From an uncultured Chloroflexia bacterium (GTDB taxonomy: Bacteria; Chloroflexota; Limnocylindria; Limnocylindrales; CSP1-4), in NCBI GenBank assembly GCA_963755285.1, contig CAVWJB010000005.1, positions 2,987 through 66,986 of the forward strand: DNA of 64,000 nt, in the 5' to 3' direction. A program made the position numbers and the translations under genes. The notes under the pieces were generated by a model, which worked only from the letters and a program-made list of their open reading frames with translations, did not search any database and was not told the origin of the DNA. Shown here piece by piece: positions 18,563-28,349 of this stretch (within the stretch, counting starts at the first letter, position 1; every line of letters starts with the position of its first letter).

Positions 18563-20164
18563 CTACCGGCCGAAGGTCACGGACTCGAGGGCCTCCACCA
18601 GGCGCTCGGCGATGACCGTCGAGCGGCCGCCGCCCATGACCAGGACGACGTCGCCCGACTCCACCAGCGGCGCGAGTGCGTCGGCCGTGGCTTCGGCCGA
18701 GCCGGGGGCGAGCGCCGGTGTGCCACGCGCCTCGACGGCCGCCGCGAGATCGGCCGCGGAGACGATCGTCGTGTCGGGGTCGCGGACCGCGAAGATGTCG
18801 GCGATCGCGACCCGATCCGCCCGGGCCAGGACGTCGGCGAACGCCTCGAGCATCGCGGCCGTCCGGTGGTAGGTGAGCGGCTCGTAGACGGCCCAGATCC
18901 GCCGGCCGGGGTAGCGCAGGGCGACCGCATCCAGGGTCGCCGCGATCGCCGTGGGGTGGTGGCCGTAGTCGTCGAGCACGACCACTCCGCCGACATCGCC
19001 CTTGACCTCGAACCGGCGACCGACCCCGGCGAACGTTCGGAGCCCGTTGAGGATCGCCTCCGGGCCGGCGCCATAGGCGAGCGCGCCGCCGGCCGCGCCG
19101 AGCGCGTCGTCCGCGTTGTGCCGCCCGACGAGCCGGAGATGAGCGGCCTCGCCATCGTGACCGGGAATCCCGTGGACGATGATCCGGGCCGTGCCGTCCT
19201 GGTCGGCCTCGTAGCGCGCCACCAGCGCCTCCGCAGGTCCGAGCAGAGTGCGGAATGCGCTGCGCAGCTCCAGCAGTCGCCGTCGAGCCGACTCCGCGTC
19301 GCCCACGATCACCGCGAACGCCAGCAACCGACCCGGCCAGTCCTCGAGCCGCGGCAGGAGCTCGGCAACTCCGGCGTCACCCGCGTTGGCGACGAGCGTC
19401 GGCGGATCCGCTCCCCCGTCACCCGGGACCGAGCCGCGGAACCGGCGGATCCAGCCTTCGAACGCCGCCTCGACGTCGTCGCGCGTCGCGAACACGTCCG
19501 GGTGATCCCAATCGGCATTGAGCAGGACACCGACATCCGGCCGGTACGGGTCGAAGTTGCCGGCGTACTCGTCGGCCTCGACGACCGTCGGCCTCCCCTC
19601 GCCAAGCCGGACGACCGAGGCCTCGGCTCCGGTCAGCTCGGCCGGCAGGATCGCCCCGACGAACGCCGACGGGTCGAGCCCGGCCCGGACGAGCAGGTGG
19701 ACGAGCCAGCCGGTCGTGGTCGACTTGCCGTGCGTCCCGGCGACCGCCAGGAGGTCTCCGCCGCGGGTCGCGATCGCGTCGGCGATGAGCTGCTGGCAGC
19801 TGACCGCCGGGATCCCCGCCTCGTGGGCCGCCCGGAGCTCGGGGTGATCCGGGTCGACCGACGTCAGCGCCTTCGAGACCGCGATCCGGTCGACCACGGC
19901 CCGTCCGTCGGCATCGACGACGTGAGCCAGGTCGTGCCGCCAGGCGATCGGAATGTCGGCGGCCTCGACCGCGGCGCTGTAGCCGGTCGGCTCTCCCGCG
20001 TCGCAGCCGCTGACGGTCGCGCCCGCCGCGGTAGCCAGGAGAAGCGACGCCGACGCGGCCGAGCCGGCCGCACCGACGACGTGGATCCGCTCACCCGGTT
20101 GGATCGGGCGCGGCGGGCGAGCGGGGTCGAGACCGCGGGCGATGTCGTCGACGCTGCGCGTCAC
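18563..20164 (-). CDS. murC: MurC/Mpl-like Mur ligase
   Basis: AGTHGKSTTT, VEADEY, DHPD, GRRFE, DDYGHHPT; N-terminal Gly-rich loop is divergent. Confidence 0.8.
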   Translation of the reverse strand: MTRSVDDIARGLDPARPPRPIQPGERIHVVGAAGSAASASLLLATAAGATVSGCDAGEPTGYSAAVEAADIPIAWRHDLAHVVDADGRAVVDRIAVSKALTSVDPDHPELRAAHEAGIPAVSCQQLIADAIATRGGDLLAVAGTHGKSTTTGWLVHLLVRAGLDPSAFVGAILPAELTGAEASVVRLGEGRPTVVEADEYAGNFDPYRPDVGVLLNADWDHPDVFATRDDVEAAFEGWIRRFRGSVPGDGGADPPTLVANAGDAGVAELLPRLEDWPGRLLAFAVIVGDAESARRRLLELRSAFRTLLGPAEALVARYEADQDGTARIIVHGIPGHDGEAAHLRLVGRHNADDALGAAGGALAYGAGPEAILNGLRTFAGVGRRFEVKGDVGGVVVLDDYGHHPTAIAATLDAVALRYPGRRIWAVYEPLTYHRTAAMLEAFADVLARADRVAIADIFAVRDPDTTIVSAADLAAAVEARGTPALAPGSAEATADALAPLVESGDVVLVMGGGRSTVIAERLVEALESVTFGR

Positions 20165-20180
20165 CGGTGGGCCGGGGCGG

Positions 20181-20720
20181 TCATCGAGCGCCGGAGGGCG
20201 CGGGCTGGAGCGCCTCCGCGGCCGCCAGCAGCATCTCGAGCGCCGCAACCGCGCTCGAGCGCTTGTTCGCCGCCCGGTCGCCGGTCCAGGCGTAGCGGCG
20301 GACCTCGACCCCGTCCGGTCCGGCCAGGCCGAGGTAGGTCAGACCGACCGGCTTCGCGTCGCTGCCGCCATCCGGGCCCGCGATCCCGGTCACCGACACG
20401 GCAAACGTCGCGCCGAGGCGCTCGCGCGCGCCGACGGCCATCGCCCGGGCGACGTGCACGCTGACCGCACCGTGGGCGGCGATCAGCTCGGCCGGCACGC
20501 CGAGCTGGGCGGTCTTGACCGCGTCGGCATAGGCGACGATCCCGCCGAGCACGTAGCCGCTCGAGCCGGGAACGTCGGTCAGCGCGTCGGCGACGAGACC
20601 GCCGGTGCACGACTCGGCCGTGACCACGGTCCAGCCGGCGGCGATGCAGCGGGCCTGGAGCCGCTCGGCGAGCGCCTGGAGGTCGGCGCTCGGCTGGTCG
20701 TCCAACGGTTGGCCGTCCAT
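20181..20720 (-). CDS. cinA: CinA/PncC nicotinamide-nucleotide amidohydrolase
   Basis: TAESCTGG, HGAVS, TGIAGPDGG. Confidence 0.92.
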   Translation of the reverse strand: MDGQPLDDQPSADLQALAERLQARCIAAGWTVVTAESCTGGLVADALTDVPGSSGYVLGGIVAYADAVKTAQLGVPAELIAAHGAVSVHVARAMAVGARERLGATFAVSVTGIAGPDGGSDAKPVGLTYLGLAGPDGVEVRRYAWTGDRAANKRSSAVAALEMLLAAAEALQPAPSGAR

Positions 20721-20733
20721 CGCTCCGCGGGCC

Positions 20734-22101
20734 TCAGCGGTGGTTCGTCTGCTCGGGCTGGGCCGGCGGTGCGAAGAGCCAGGTCTCCGGGGTCCCCGAC
20801 CGCCCGAGCTTGCCGATCGCCGTGCCGTTCAGCGTGAAGTAGGTCACCCCGGAGGATCCCGTGAACACCTCGACCGAGTCGTTGCCGCGGAAGGTGATCG
20901 TCTTGCCGTCCTTGAACAGCTTGCCGGCGCCGACCCGCGGGTCGAGCTCGCCGTCGACCCAGATCTTCATCCAGGCGTTGCCGCCCTTGACGCTCACGAC
21001 GAGATTGACGCCCTTGTAGCGGACGGTGACGTTACGGGTGAGCGAGGTCGTCTTGCCCTCGGGGCTCGCCGCGGTGATCGTGAGGGTCCAGTTTCCGGCT
21101 GTCAGCTCGACCGGGATGTTGAACGTGCCGTCGTCGCCGATGTCGGCGGTCTGCGGCGCCGGCGGGGCCGGGGTCGGGGCCGGCTTCGTCCCGGTGCCGG
21201 TCTCGCCGCCGGTGTAGGCCGCGCTGACGGTCACCGTCTTGGCGTTGGCCGTCGTGCCCTGGACGGGGATCGCGCCGTTCTCGAACGTGGCGCCCTCGCC
21301 GGGCTGGTCGACGGTCAGGATCGGGACGAGGACCTCCGGGAACGGCACCGTGATGAAGATGTCGACCGGGCGTTCGGCCCGTTTCGACGTCTGCGGGTCG
21401 ACGGCGGTCACGCTGAACTGGTTCTTGCCCCGGCGAAGCTCGACCTCGCTCGACCAGGTGCCGCTGGCGGAGGCGGTGGTCAGGACCGGTTGCTGCCGGC
21501 CGGCGACGGTGATCGAGACGGTGGCGCCGGGCACCGAGGTCCCGCGCAGCGTGTACGAGGTCGCCGACTCGTCGACGGTCGAGACCGCGGTCGTCGGGTC
21601 GGTGACCGCGATGTCGGGCGGCCGCGAGAACCGGACGAGCTGGAGGACGATGTAGCCGGCGAACAGGACGATGACGACCATGAGCGCAGCCGCCACGAGG
21701 AGCCCGACCGAGAACGTGAACCCCTGGCGCGGCGCCGACAGGGGCCGGGGGACGTTGATCGTCGGCTCGCTCTGGGCACCGCCGTCGCCGCGCTCACGGC
21801 GCCACTGGTCGAGGATCTCGTCCGGGTCGAGCCCGAGGTAGAGCGCGTAGTTGCGCAGGAAGCCCTTCGTGTAGACGGCCCCGGGCAGCTCGCGGTAGTC
21901 GCCGCGCTCGAGCGCGCCGAGGTAGCGGGCACGGATCTTCGTGTCCCGCTCGGCTCGATAGAGATCGACGCCCTTGGCCTCGCGGGCGGACAGCAGGCGC
22001 TCGGGCAGCATCGGCTGGGGCTCGGCCGTGATCGCGGATCGGCCGCGACTGCCAGCGCGGCCGTCGGCGCTCCGGTGGCGAGCCTCATCTCGGGTCGTCA
22101 T
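20734..22101 (-). CDS. rodZ: RodZ-like HTH membrane protein with Ig-like repeats
   Basis: TKIRARYLGALE, YTKGFLRNYA HTH; TM segment; beta-rich domains; WMKIWVDG C-terminal domain. Confidence 0.85.
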   Translation of the reverse strand: MTTRDEARHRSADGRAGSRGRSAITAEPQPMLPERLLSAREAKGVDLYRAERDTKIRARYLGALERGDYRELPGAVYTKGFLRNYALYLGLDPDEILDQWRRERGDGGAQSEPTINVPRPLSAPRQGFTFSVGLLVAAALMVVIVLFAGYIVLQLVRFSRPPDIAVTDPTTAVSTVDESATSYTLRGTSVPGATVSITVAGRQQPVLTTASASGTWSSEVELRRGKNQFSVTAVDPQTSKRAERPVDIFITVPFPEVLVPILTVDQPGEGATFENGAIPVQGTTANAKTVTVSAAYTGGETGTGTKPAPTPAPPAPQTADIGDDGTFNIPVELTAGNWTLTITAASPEGKTTSLTRNVTVRYKGVNLVVSVKGGNAWMKIWVDGELDPRVGAGKLFKDGKTITFRGNDSVEVFTGSSGVTYFTLNGTAIGKLGRSGTPETWLFAPPAQPEQTNHR

Positions 22102-22203
22102 GTCGTGAAGGTGAGTCCTGATCGTGGAGGCGAACCGTGCGCGGCTCGGGTCGTCGGCGCCAAGGATACCCTCTCGCGTCGAACGGCCCCGCTGGGCCGC
22201 CGG

Positions 22204-24664
22204 TCAGTCGCCTGGGTCGTCGATGTCGGCGTGGCTGCGGAGCCAGTTGTCGGGGCCGTAGACGATCCGCGGTGAAGCCGGGTTGCGCAGGTCCTGGGGG
22301 CCGATGATCCCGTACCGCTCGAGCTCGTCCATCAGCCGGCTGGCCCGCGAGAAGCCGACCTTGAGCTTCGTCTGGAGCATCGACGTGCTCGCCTTCTGGT
22401 TCGTCGTCACGAGCTCGGCGGCACGGACGAGCAGGTCGTCCTCGGCCATCTTGGCCAGCCAGCTGAACTGGCCGCCGTTGGCGCCGTCGTCGCCGTCGAC
22501 GAAGTCGAGCAGGGCCTCGTCGTAGTACGGCTCGGGCGCCTGCCGCTTCCAGTGGTCGACGACCGCGCTGACCTCCCGGTCGCTGACGAACACGCCCTGC
22601 ATCCGGACCGGCCGGGGCAGGTCGACCGGCTGGTAGAGCATGTCGCCGCGCCCGAGGAGGTCCTCGGCGCCCGGCTGGTCGAGCACCGTCCGGCTGTCGA
22701 CGTTCGACGACATCGCGAATGCGATCCGGCTCGGGACGTTGGCCTTGATCAGGCCGGTCACGACGTTGACGCTCGGGCGCTGGGTGGCGAGGACGAGGTG
22801 GATCCCGACCGCGCGCGCCTTCTGGGCGATCTTGACGACCGGGTCCTCGACCTTCCGGCCTTCGCGCATGATCAGGTCGGCCAGCTCGTCGATGATCAGG
22901 ACGACGAACGGCAGGCGCTCGTCGGGATCGACCTTGTCGTTGTAGGCGCCGATGTTCCGGACGGTGTTCGAGGCGAGCAGCTTGTAGCGCTCCTCCATCT
23001 CGTGGACGGCCCAGTTGAGGGCGGCCTTCGCCTCGTGGGGCTCGACGATCACGTGCTGGAGGAGGTGCGGCAGCCCGTCGTACGGCGCGAGCTCGACCCG
23101 CTTGAGGTCGACCAGGATCAGCCGAACCTCGTCCGGTCGGGCGTGCATGAGGAGGCTCGTGATGAGGGCGTTGACGCAGACGCTCTTGCCCGACCCGGTC
23201 GCGCCGGCGATCAGCAGGTGGGGCATCTTCGCCAGGTCGACCGCGTAGGCCTTGCCCGACACGTCGCGCCCGAGGGCGAAGGTGAGCCGGCTGGTGGCCG
23301 ACAGCATCTGGGTGTCGTCGACGAGCGTCCGGAAGTCGACGGTCTCGCTCTTCACGTTGGGGATCTCGATCCCGACCGTGTCCTTGCCCGGGATCGGGGC
23401 CTCGATCCGGATCGAGCGGGCCATGAGCGCCATCGCCAGGTCGTCGGCGAGGCCCTCGATCCGGGAGATCTTGACCCGGGCGTCCGGCCGCACCTCGTAC
23501 TGGGTGACGACCGGGCCGCTGTTGACCGCCACGACCTTGGCCTCGATCCCGAAGCTGCGCAGCTTCTTCTCGATGTCGGCCGAGTTCTCCTCGTGATCCA
23601 TCTGGCCACCATGGGTCGACCGCGCCTGGATCTCGAGGAGCGACGCCGACGGGAGCTCCCAGCTGATCTCGCGCACGTCCCCGATCGGCTCGACGACGGC
23701 GATCTCGTCCGGGCGCCCCGATGCGACGGGCCAGGCCGCCGGCTCCGACCCCGACCGAGACCCCGACGCCGACCCCCAGCCCGACCGGCTCGAGCGCCCC
23801 GCCCAGCCCAGGGCCCTGACCGGGGCGGGCCGGCGAGCCCAGGCCACCCCCACCGTCTCGTGGCGGGCCGTCCTGGCCGGACCAGATCGTCTGGCTCATC
23901 GGGACCGGGCTCGGGGCCCGGTTGCTCGGTCTGGCGTCATCCGCGGGCTCCGGCCCGATCGCCGTGGCCGGCCGATCGTTGACCGGGTTCGCGTTTGCGC
24001 GGGCGGTCGCCGACGCCCGGGTCGCTCCGGCCGGAGCCGGGTCGATGTCGGCCGGCGCCACGAGCGAGTCGCCAACGGCCTTCGCGCCCCGCCCCAGCTG
24101 GGCCAGGACGGTCGGCAGCGACCGATCGATCGCGACGAGGATCCCTCCGATCAGCCCGCCGAGGAGCAGGATGAAGGCGGCCGGCCGCGGGATGAGACCC
24201 GCCTTCGTCCCGGTCCCCACGAAGAACGTCTCGATGCCCCGGCCGATCCGTCCGCCGGTGAAGCCGAACACGTTCGTCAGCTCGATCAGCCCGAGCAGGC
24301 AGATGTAGGCGAACGCCGCTCCGATCAGCGCCACGCCCCAGCGGGCACCGACCCCCTTCGCCTGCTGGACGTAGATCCCGGCGACGATGAGCAGCGGCGG
24401 CAGCCACCAGCGTCCGGTGCCGAGCCAGGGCGCCACCGCGTTGCGCCACCAGTCGGTGAGCCGGCCCTCGCCGGGCAGGGTCAGGGCGACCAGCGTGATC
24501 ACCCCGACGACGAGGATCGCGATCCCGACCAGCGAGCGGGCGACGTCCGGGCTGATCTGCGGCCCGCTCGAGCTCCGGCTCGCGGTCGTCGCTCGCTTCC
24601 GGGTCGTGCCGGTCGAGCGGCCGGTGGCCCGGCGTGGGCTGGCGGTGCGCCGGCGGGTGGCCAT
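22204..24664 (-). CDS. ftsK: FtsK/SpoIIIE DNA translocase (one apparent +1 frameshift near 23.7-23.85 kb)
   Basis: N-terminal TM domain in one frame; AGATGSGKS, IIDELAD, ATQRPS and gamma domain in another. Confidence 0.92.
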
Positions 24665-24666
24665 CG

Positions 24667-26335
24667 CTAGACCTCGACCACCACCGGGAAGACCATCGGC
24701 CGTCGTTTCGTCTGCTCGTAGAGGTAGCGCGACACGCCGTCCTTGATCTGGCTCTTGAGCAGCGCGATCTCGCTGATGTGGTCGCCCGGGTTCTCGATCG
24801 AGGTGATGATCCGGGCGATTGCCCCGTCCATCATCGGATCCTGCTCGTTGAGGTGGACGAAGCCGCGGGTGATGACCTCGGGGCGGCCGATGATCGTCCC
24901 GGTCTGCTTGTCGACGGTCACGACGATCATGAACATGCCGTCGTTGGCGAGCGCCTTCCGGTCGCGCAGGACGACATCGCCGACCTCACCGACCGAGAGC
25001 CCGTCGACGAAGACGTAGCCGGCCGAGACCGGGCTGCCCGCGCCGCGCTGAGCCGTCCTCGAGGATCTCGATCGGCGTCCCGTTCTCGATGATGAACACG
25101 TTCTCGGGCAGGACCCCGGTCTCGATGGCCAGGCGTCCGTGCTGGACCTGCATCCGGAACTCGCCGTGGATCGGGATGAAGTGGCGCGGCTTGGTGAGCC
25201 CGAGCATCAGCTTGAGCTCTTCCTGGCTCGCATGACCGGAGACGTGGGCGCGCTTGATCGTGTGATAGAACACGTTGGCGCCGGCCTTGAACAGGTTGTC
25301 GATCGTCCGGCTGACGTACTCCTCGTTGCCCGGGATCGGGCTGGCACTGACGATCACCGTGTCCCCGGGCTGGATCTCGACGAAGCGGTGGTCGCGGTTG
25401 GCCATCCGGGCCAGGCCGGCCATCGGCTCGCCCTGGGCGCCGGTCGTGCAGATCACGAGCTTGTCGGCCGGGACCTCGTTGATCTTGTCCTTGGCGACGA
25501 TGGCGCCGGGGGCGTACTTGAGGTAGCCGAGGTCGCTCGCGATCCGGAAGTTCTGCTCCATCGAGCGGCCGATGACCGCGGTCTTGCGGTCGAACGAGGC
25601 GGCCGCGTCGAGGACCTGCTGGACCCGGGCGATGTTGCTCGCGAAGGTGGCCACGATCACCCGCCCGTCGAGCGGCTCCATGATCTCGCGGAACGCCTCG
25701 CCGACCGTCCGCTCCGACGGCGTGTAGCCGGGGTTCTCGGCCCGGGTCGAGTCCGACAGGAGCGCGATCACGCCCTCCTCGCCGAGCTTGGCCAGGATGT
25801 GGAAGTCGGACAGCTTGCCGTCGACCGGGGTGTGGTCGAACTTGAAGTCACCGGTGTGGACGACGACCCCGACCGGGGTCCGCAGGGCGATCCCCATCGC
25901 GTCGGGGATCGAGTGGCCGATCCGGAACGGGACGACCGTGAACGGGCCGATCGGGATCTCGTCGCCCGGCTCGAGCGACAGGAGCGGGTTGTTGTGGAGC
26001 TTGTGCTCCTTGACCTTGTTGCCGAGCAGGCCGCGGGCGAGCGTCGAGGCGTAGACCGGCACGCCCGGGAACTCGGGCAGGACGTAGGGCAGGCCGCCGA
26101 CGTGGTCCTCGTGGGCGTGGGTGATGAGGAACGCCCGGACGTTGGCCCGGTGCTCCTTGAGGTAGGTGACGTCGGGCACGACGAGGTCGATCCCGAACAT
26201 CTCCTCGTCCGGGAACATCAGCCCGCAGTCGATGACGACGATGTCGTCGCCGTACTCGAAGACGTACATGTTCTTGCCGATCTCGCCCACCCCGCCGAGC
26301 GGGATGATCCGGAGTGGCTGGTTCGATGAGGTCAT
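24667..26335 (-). CDS. rnj: Ribonuclease J (apparent +1 frameshift near 25031)
   Basis: PLGGVGEIGKNM, THAHEDH, HVSGH; C-terminal KRRPMVFPV in shifted frame. Confidence 0.93.
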
Positions 26336-26357
26336 GGTGTCCGTTTCGGTTAGGGAT

Positions 26358-27164
26358 TCAGAAGAGGGTCAGCTGGTCGGCGTCCGGCTCCGGCGGCTGG
26401 CCGGACGGCATGAACATCGGGGCCGGGTCCTGGGCCTGGGCGAGCTCGGCGGGCGGGACATCCCCGCCCGGGTCGGTCAGCGAGACGACGATGAGCGCGA
26501 CCTCCGCGGGCGCGGGAGCCGGTGACGGCCGTTCGGGCTCGGCGGGCAGCGGCTCGTCAGGCGCCTGCTCGCGCCGGGCCCGAGCCGCGAGGAGCGTCGA
26601 CGGAAGCCCGGCGATGTCCGTTTCGAGCGTGGCCCGGTTCGAGCCGTCGTAGAGCGCGAAGGCCGGGTGGTACATCGCGAACACGAGCGCGTCGCGAGCG
26701 CCGGTCGCCGGATCGGCCGGACGCGACGTGCCGTGGACTCGCCCGATCCGCTCGCCGGGCATGAACACGCCGAGCGAGTGCTTGCCGGCGGTCACGACGA
26801 CGGCCGGGTCGAGCACCTCGAGCTGGCGGCGCAGGAACGGTGCGCAGGCGGCGATCTCGTCGGGCTGGGGGTCCCGGTTGCCGGGTGGCCAGCACTTCAC
26901 GACGTTCGTGATGAACACGTCGTCACGGCGCCAGCCGACCGACTCGATGAGCTCGGTCAGCAGCCGACCGGAGGCACCCACGAACGGACGGCCGGCCTGG
27001 TTCTCGTCGCGGCCCGGTCCCTCGCCGACGAACACGACCTCGGTGTCCGGGCTCCCCTCCCCCGGCACCGTCCTGGCGCGCTGTTCGTGAAGGCGGCAGC
27101 GGGTGCACTCGCGGATCTCGGCCGCGATCGCCTCGAGCGCGGCGCCGCGCTCCGGGTCGGTCAC
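26358..27164 (-). CDS. Family 4 uracil-DNA glycosylase
   Basis: CTRCRL, VGEGPG, GRPFVG, NVVKC, YHPA; GTGA overlap with asd. Confidence 0.92.
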   Translation of the reverse strand: MTDPERGAALEAIAAEIRECTRCRLHEQRARTVPGEGSPDTEVVFVGEGPGRDENQAGRPFVGASGRLLTELIESVGWRRDDVFITNVVKCWPPGNRDPQPDEIAACAPFLRRQLEVLDPAVVVTAGKHSLGVFMPGERIGRVHGTSRPADPATGARDALVFAMYHPAFALYDGSNRATLETDIAGLPSTLLAARARREQAPDEPLPAEPERPSPAPAPAEVALIVVSLTDPGGDVPPAELAQAQDPAPMFMPSGQPPEPDADQLTLF

Positions 27165-28225
27165 ACCGCGCTCCCGACGGCGGCCCGGGCGGCCGCGGGC
27201 CGGACCCAGCCGCGGCGGACGAGGATCTCGGCGATCTCGACGGCATTCGTCGCGGCGCCCTTGCGCAGGTTGTCGCTGACGATCCACAGGGCCAGGCCAC
27301 GACCGTCGCCGATCGACTGGTCGCGGCGCACCCGACCGACATAGATCTCGTCGTGGCCGGCGGCGTCGATCGCGAGCGGATAGACGTGTTCGGCCGGGTT
27401 GTCCTGGACGACCACCCCGGGGACGGCCGCGAACAGCTCGCGCGCCCGCTCGGGCGAGATCGGATCGCGGGTCTCGACGTGGACCGCCTCGGAGTGGCTG
27501 GTCACGACCGGCACCCGCACGGCGGTGCACGAGATCCGGAGGTCCGGGAGGTGGAGGATCTTGCGGCTCTCGGTGACGACCTTCCATTCCTCCTTGGTGT
27601 AGCCGTTGTCGAGGAAGACGTCGATCTCGGGCAGCGCGTTGAACGCGATCTGGTGCGGGTAGACCGAGGCGGTCAGCGCCTCGCCGGCGACGTGGGCGCG
27701 GATCTGCCCTTCGAGCTCGGCGATCGCCTCGACGCCCGTCCCGGACACGCTCTGATACGTGTCGACGACGACCCGCTCGAGGCCGACCGCGTCGCGGAGC
27801 GCCATGAGGATCGGGGCCAGCTGCATCGTCGAGCAGTTCGGGTTGGCGACGATCCCCTCGTGCTGGGCCACGTCGGCCGGGTTGACCTGGCTGACGACGA
27901 GCGGGACGCCGGGCGCCATCCGCCAGGCGCTCGAGTTGTCGATGACGGTCGCCCCGTGGGCGACGGCGGCAGGAGCGAGGATCTCGGAGACGGCTCCGCC
28001 GGCGGAGAACAGGGCGATGTCGACCCCGTCGAAGGCCTCGGGCAGCGCCTCGACCACGTCGTGGGTGGTCCCGGCGACCGACACCGTCGAGCCGGCCGAT
28101 CGGCCGGAGGCCATCAGCCGCAGCTCGCCGAGCGGGAAGGCCCGCTCGCGGAGCACCTGGATCATCGTCCGACCGACGACGCCGGTGGCGCCGACGACCG
28201 CAACCGTGAGCGGTCTGGGGGTCAT
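27161..28225 (-). CDS. asd: Aspartate-semialdehyde dehydrogenase
   Basis: GATGVVG, ANPNCST, DNLRKGAA. Confidence 0.96.
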   Translation of the reverse strand: MTPRPLTVAVVGATGVVGRTMIQVLRERAFPLGELRLMASGRSAGSTVSVAGTTHDVVEALPEAFDGVDIALFSAGGAVSEILAPAAVAHGATVIDNSSAWRMAPGVPLVVSQVNPADVAQHEGIVANPNCSTMQLAPILMALRDAVGLERVVVDTYQSVSGTGVEAIAELEGQIRAHVAGEALTASVYPHQIAFNALPEIDVFLDNGYTKEEWKVVTESRKILHLPDLRISCTAVRVPVVTSHSEAVHVETRDPISPERARELFAAVPGVVVQDNPAEHVYPLAIDAAGHDEIYVGRVRRDQSIGDGRGLALWIVSDNLRKGAATNAVEIAEILVRRGWVRPAAARAAVGSAV

Positions 28226-28269
28226 CCCGGGCACGGCTCCACTACGGTCTTCATTCCGGGCACGGCGGG

Positions 28270-28278
28270 AGTATACCA
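28270..28278 (-). promoter_or_regulatory. Extended -10 promoter element of asd
   Basis: TGGTATACT on minus strand. Confidence 0.6.
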
Positions 28279-28349
28279 GCGTGCCGGCGGTCTCCCGCCG
28301 GCACGCCCTGGTCGCGGAGCACGGACGGGCGGTCCCGTCCGGCGGTCGG

